Source: Blochmannia endosymbiont of Camponotus nipponensis
GTDB taxonomy: Bacteria; Pseudomonadota; Gammaproteobacteria; Enterobacterales; Enterobacteriaceae
Direction of reading: 5' to 3'
Assembly: GCF_009827135.1 (NCBI RefSeq)
Contig: NZ_CP046534.1
Span: 240,001-272,000 of the forward strand
DNA length: 32,000 nucleotides
Shown here: in pieces, positions 31,818 to 32,000 of the stretch
How positions within the stretch are numbered: position 1 is the first letter of the stretch
How the letters are laid out: each line of letters starts with the position of its first letter
Position numbers and translations under genes: made by a program
The notes under the pieces: generated by a model
Database searches by the model: none
Told to the model about the DNA's origin: nothing
What the model saw: only the letters and a program-made list of their open reading frames with translations

Positions 31818-32000
31818 TTATGATACAGTACGTAACAAATCTGCAAATATTCCTGCTGCTGTAACATCATTTCCTGCACCGTAACCACGTAATACTAACG
31901 GTAACGGTTTATAATATCGTGTAAAAAATGCAAGCGCATTCTCTCCATCTTTTACTTTAAATAACGGATGGTTATTATCTACAGATTCAATTTGTACGCG
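31818..32000 (-). CDS. thrA: Bifunctional aspartokinase I / homoserine dehydrogenase I; only the C-terminal 60 codons are in the window and the 5' part lies beyond the right edge
   Basis: Not in the ORF track. My reverse-strand translation gives [60 protein letters not shown], which matches the E. coli ThrA C-terminus (..[43 protein letters not shown]..). The stop is the complement of 31818-31820, 22 nt upstream of the thrB ATG. Confidence 0.93.
   Translation of the reverse strand, partial: RVQIESVDNNHPLFKVKDGENALAFFTRYYKPLPLVLRGYGAGNDVTAAGIFADLLRTVS

Noticed and set aside
1-32000. By-eye search for tRNA/rRNA genes, CRISPR arrays, IS or transposase or integrase genes, and toxin-antitoxin or defence cassettes
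   Set aside because: All long ORFs are accounted for by conserved housekeeping genes. The spacers are too AT-rich to hold tRNA-like stems (no GTTCGAATC-type T-loops outside coding DNA). No spaced direct-repeat arrays are present. A tRNAscan, Infernal or CRISPR-finder run would be needed to exclude them formally.

Overview
This is a very AT-rich gammaproteobacterial window packed with core housekeeping genes. There are 22 complete CDSs and 2 edge-truncated ones that the ORF track does not list: rsmH at the left edge and thrA at the right edge. Gene order and orientation match the E. coli K-12 0-2 min map read backwards: rsmH | leuABCD | lptD-surA-pdxA-rsmA(ksgA)-apaH | folA | carB-carA | dapB | ispH | lspA-ileS-ribF | rpsT | dnaJ-dnaK | thrC-thrB-thrA. 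Every non-essential E. coli neighbour is gone, including mraZ, leuL/leuO, the ara/thi/sgr block, djlA, apaG, cai/fix/kef, rihC, fkpB, nhaAR and talB/mog. In their place are short spacers that are almost free of G and C. This pattern, together with Asn/Ile/Lys/Tyr-rich envelope proteins and many A8-A9 tracts, is typical of a reduced-genome insect endosymbiont. It looks Blochmannia-like, but that assignment is tentative and cannot be confirmed without a database search. By eye I found no rRNA, tRNA, CRISPR, IS or phage elements, and no interrupted genes. I found no convincing evidence of a novel system. The items most worth a second look are small cis elements. They are a good sigma-32-type promoter with triplicated TTGAAAA upstream of dnaK, a perfect 19-bp palindromic terminator-like hairpin between dapB and carA, and a perfect 13-bp palindrome that includes the dnaJ stop codon. 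Others are an (AT)9 palindrome at the ispH stop, a vestigial leu leader, slippage-prone A9 tracts (one in the pdxA/rsmA overlap), conserved non-ATG starts, and apparent loss of SurA PPIase residues.
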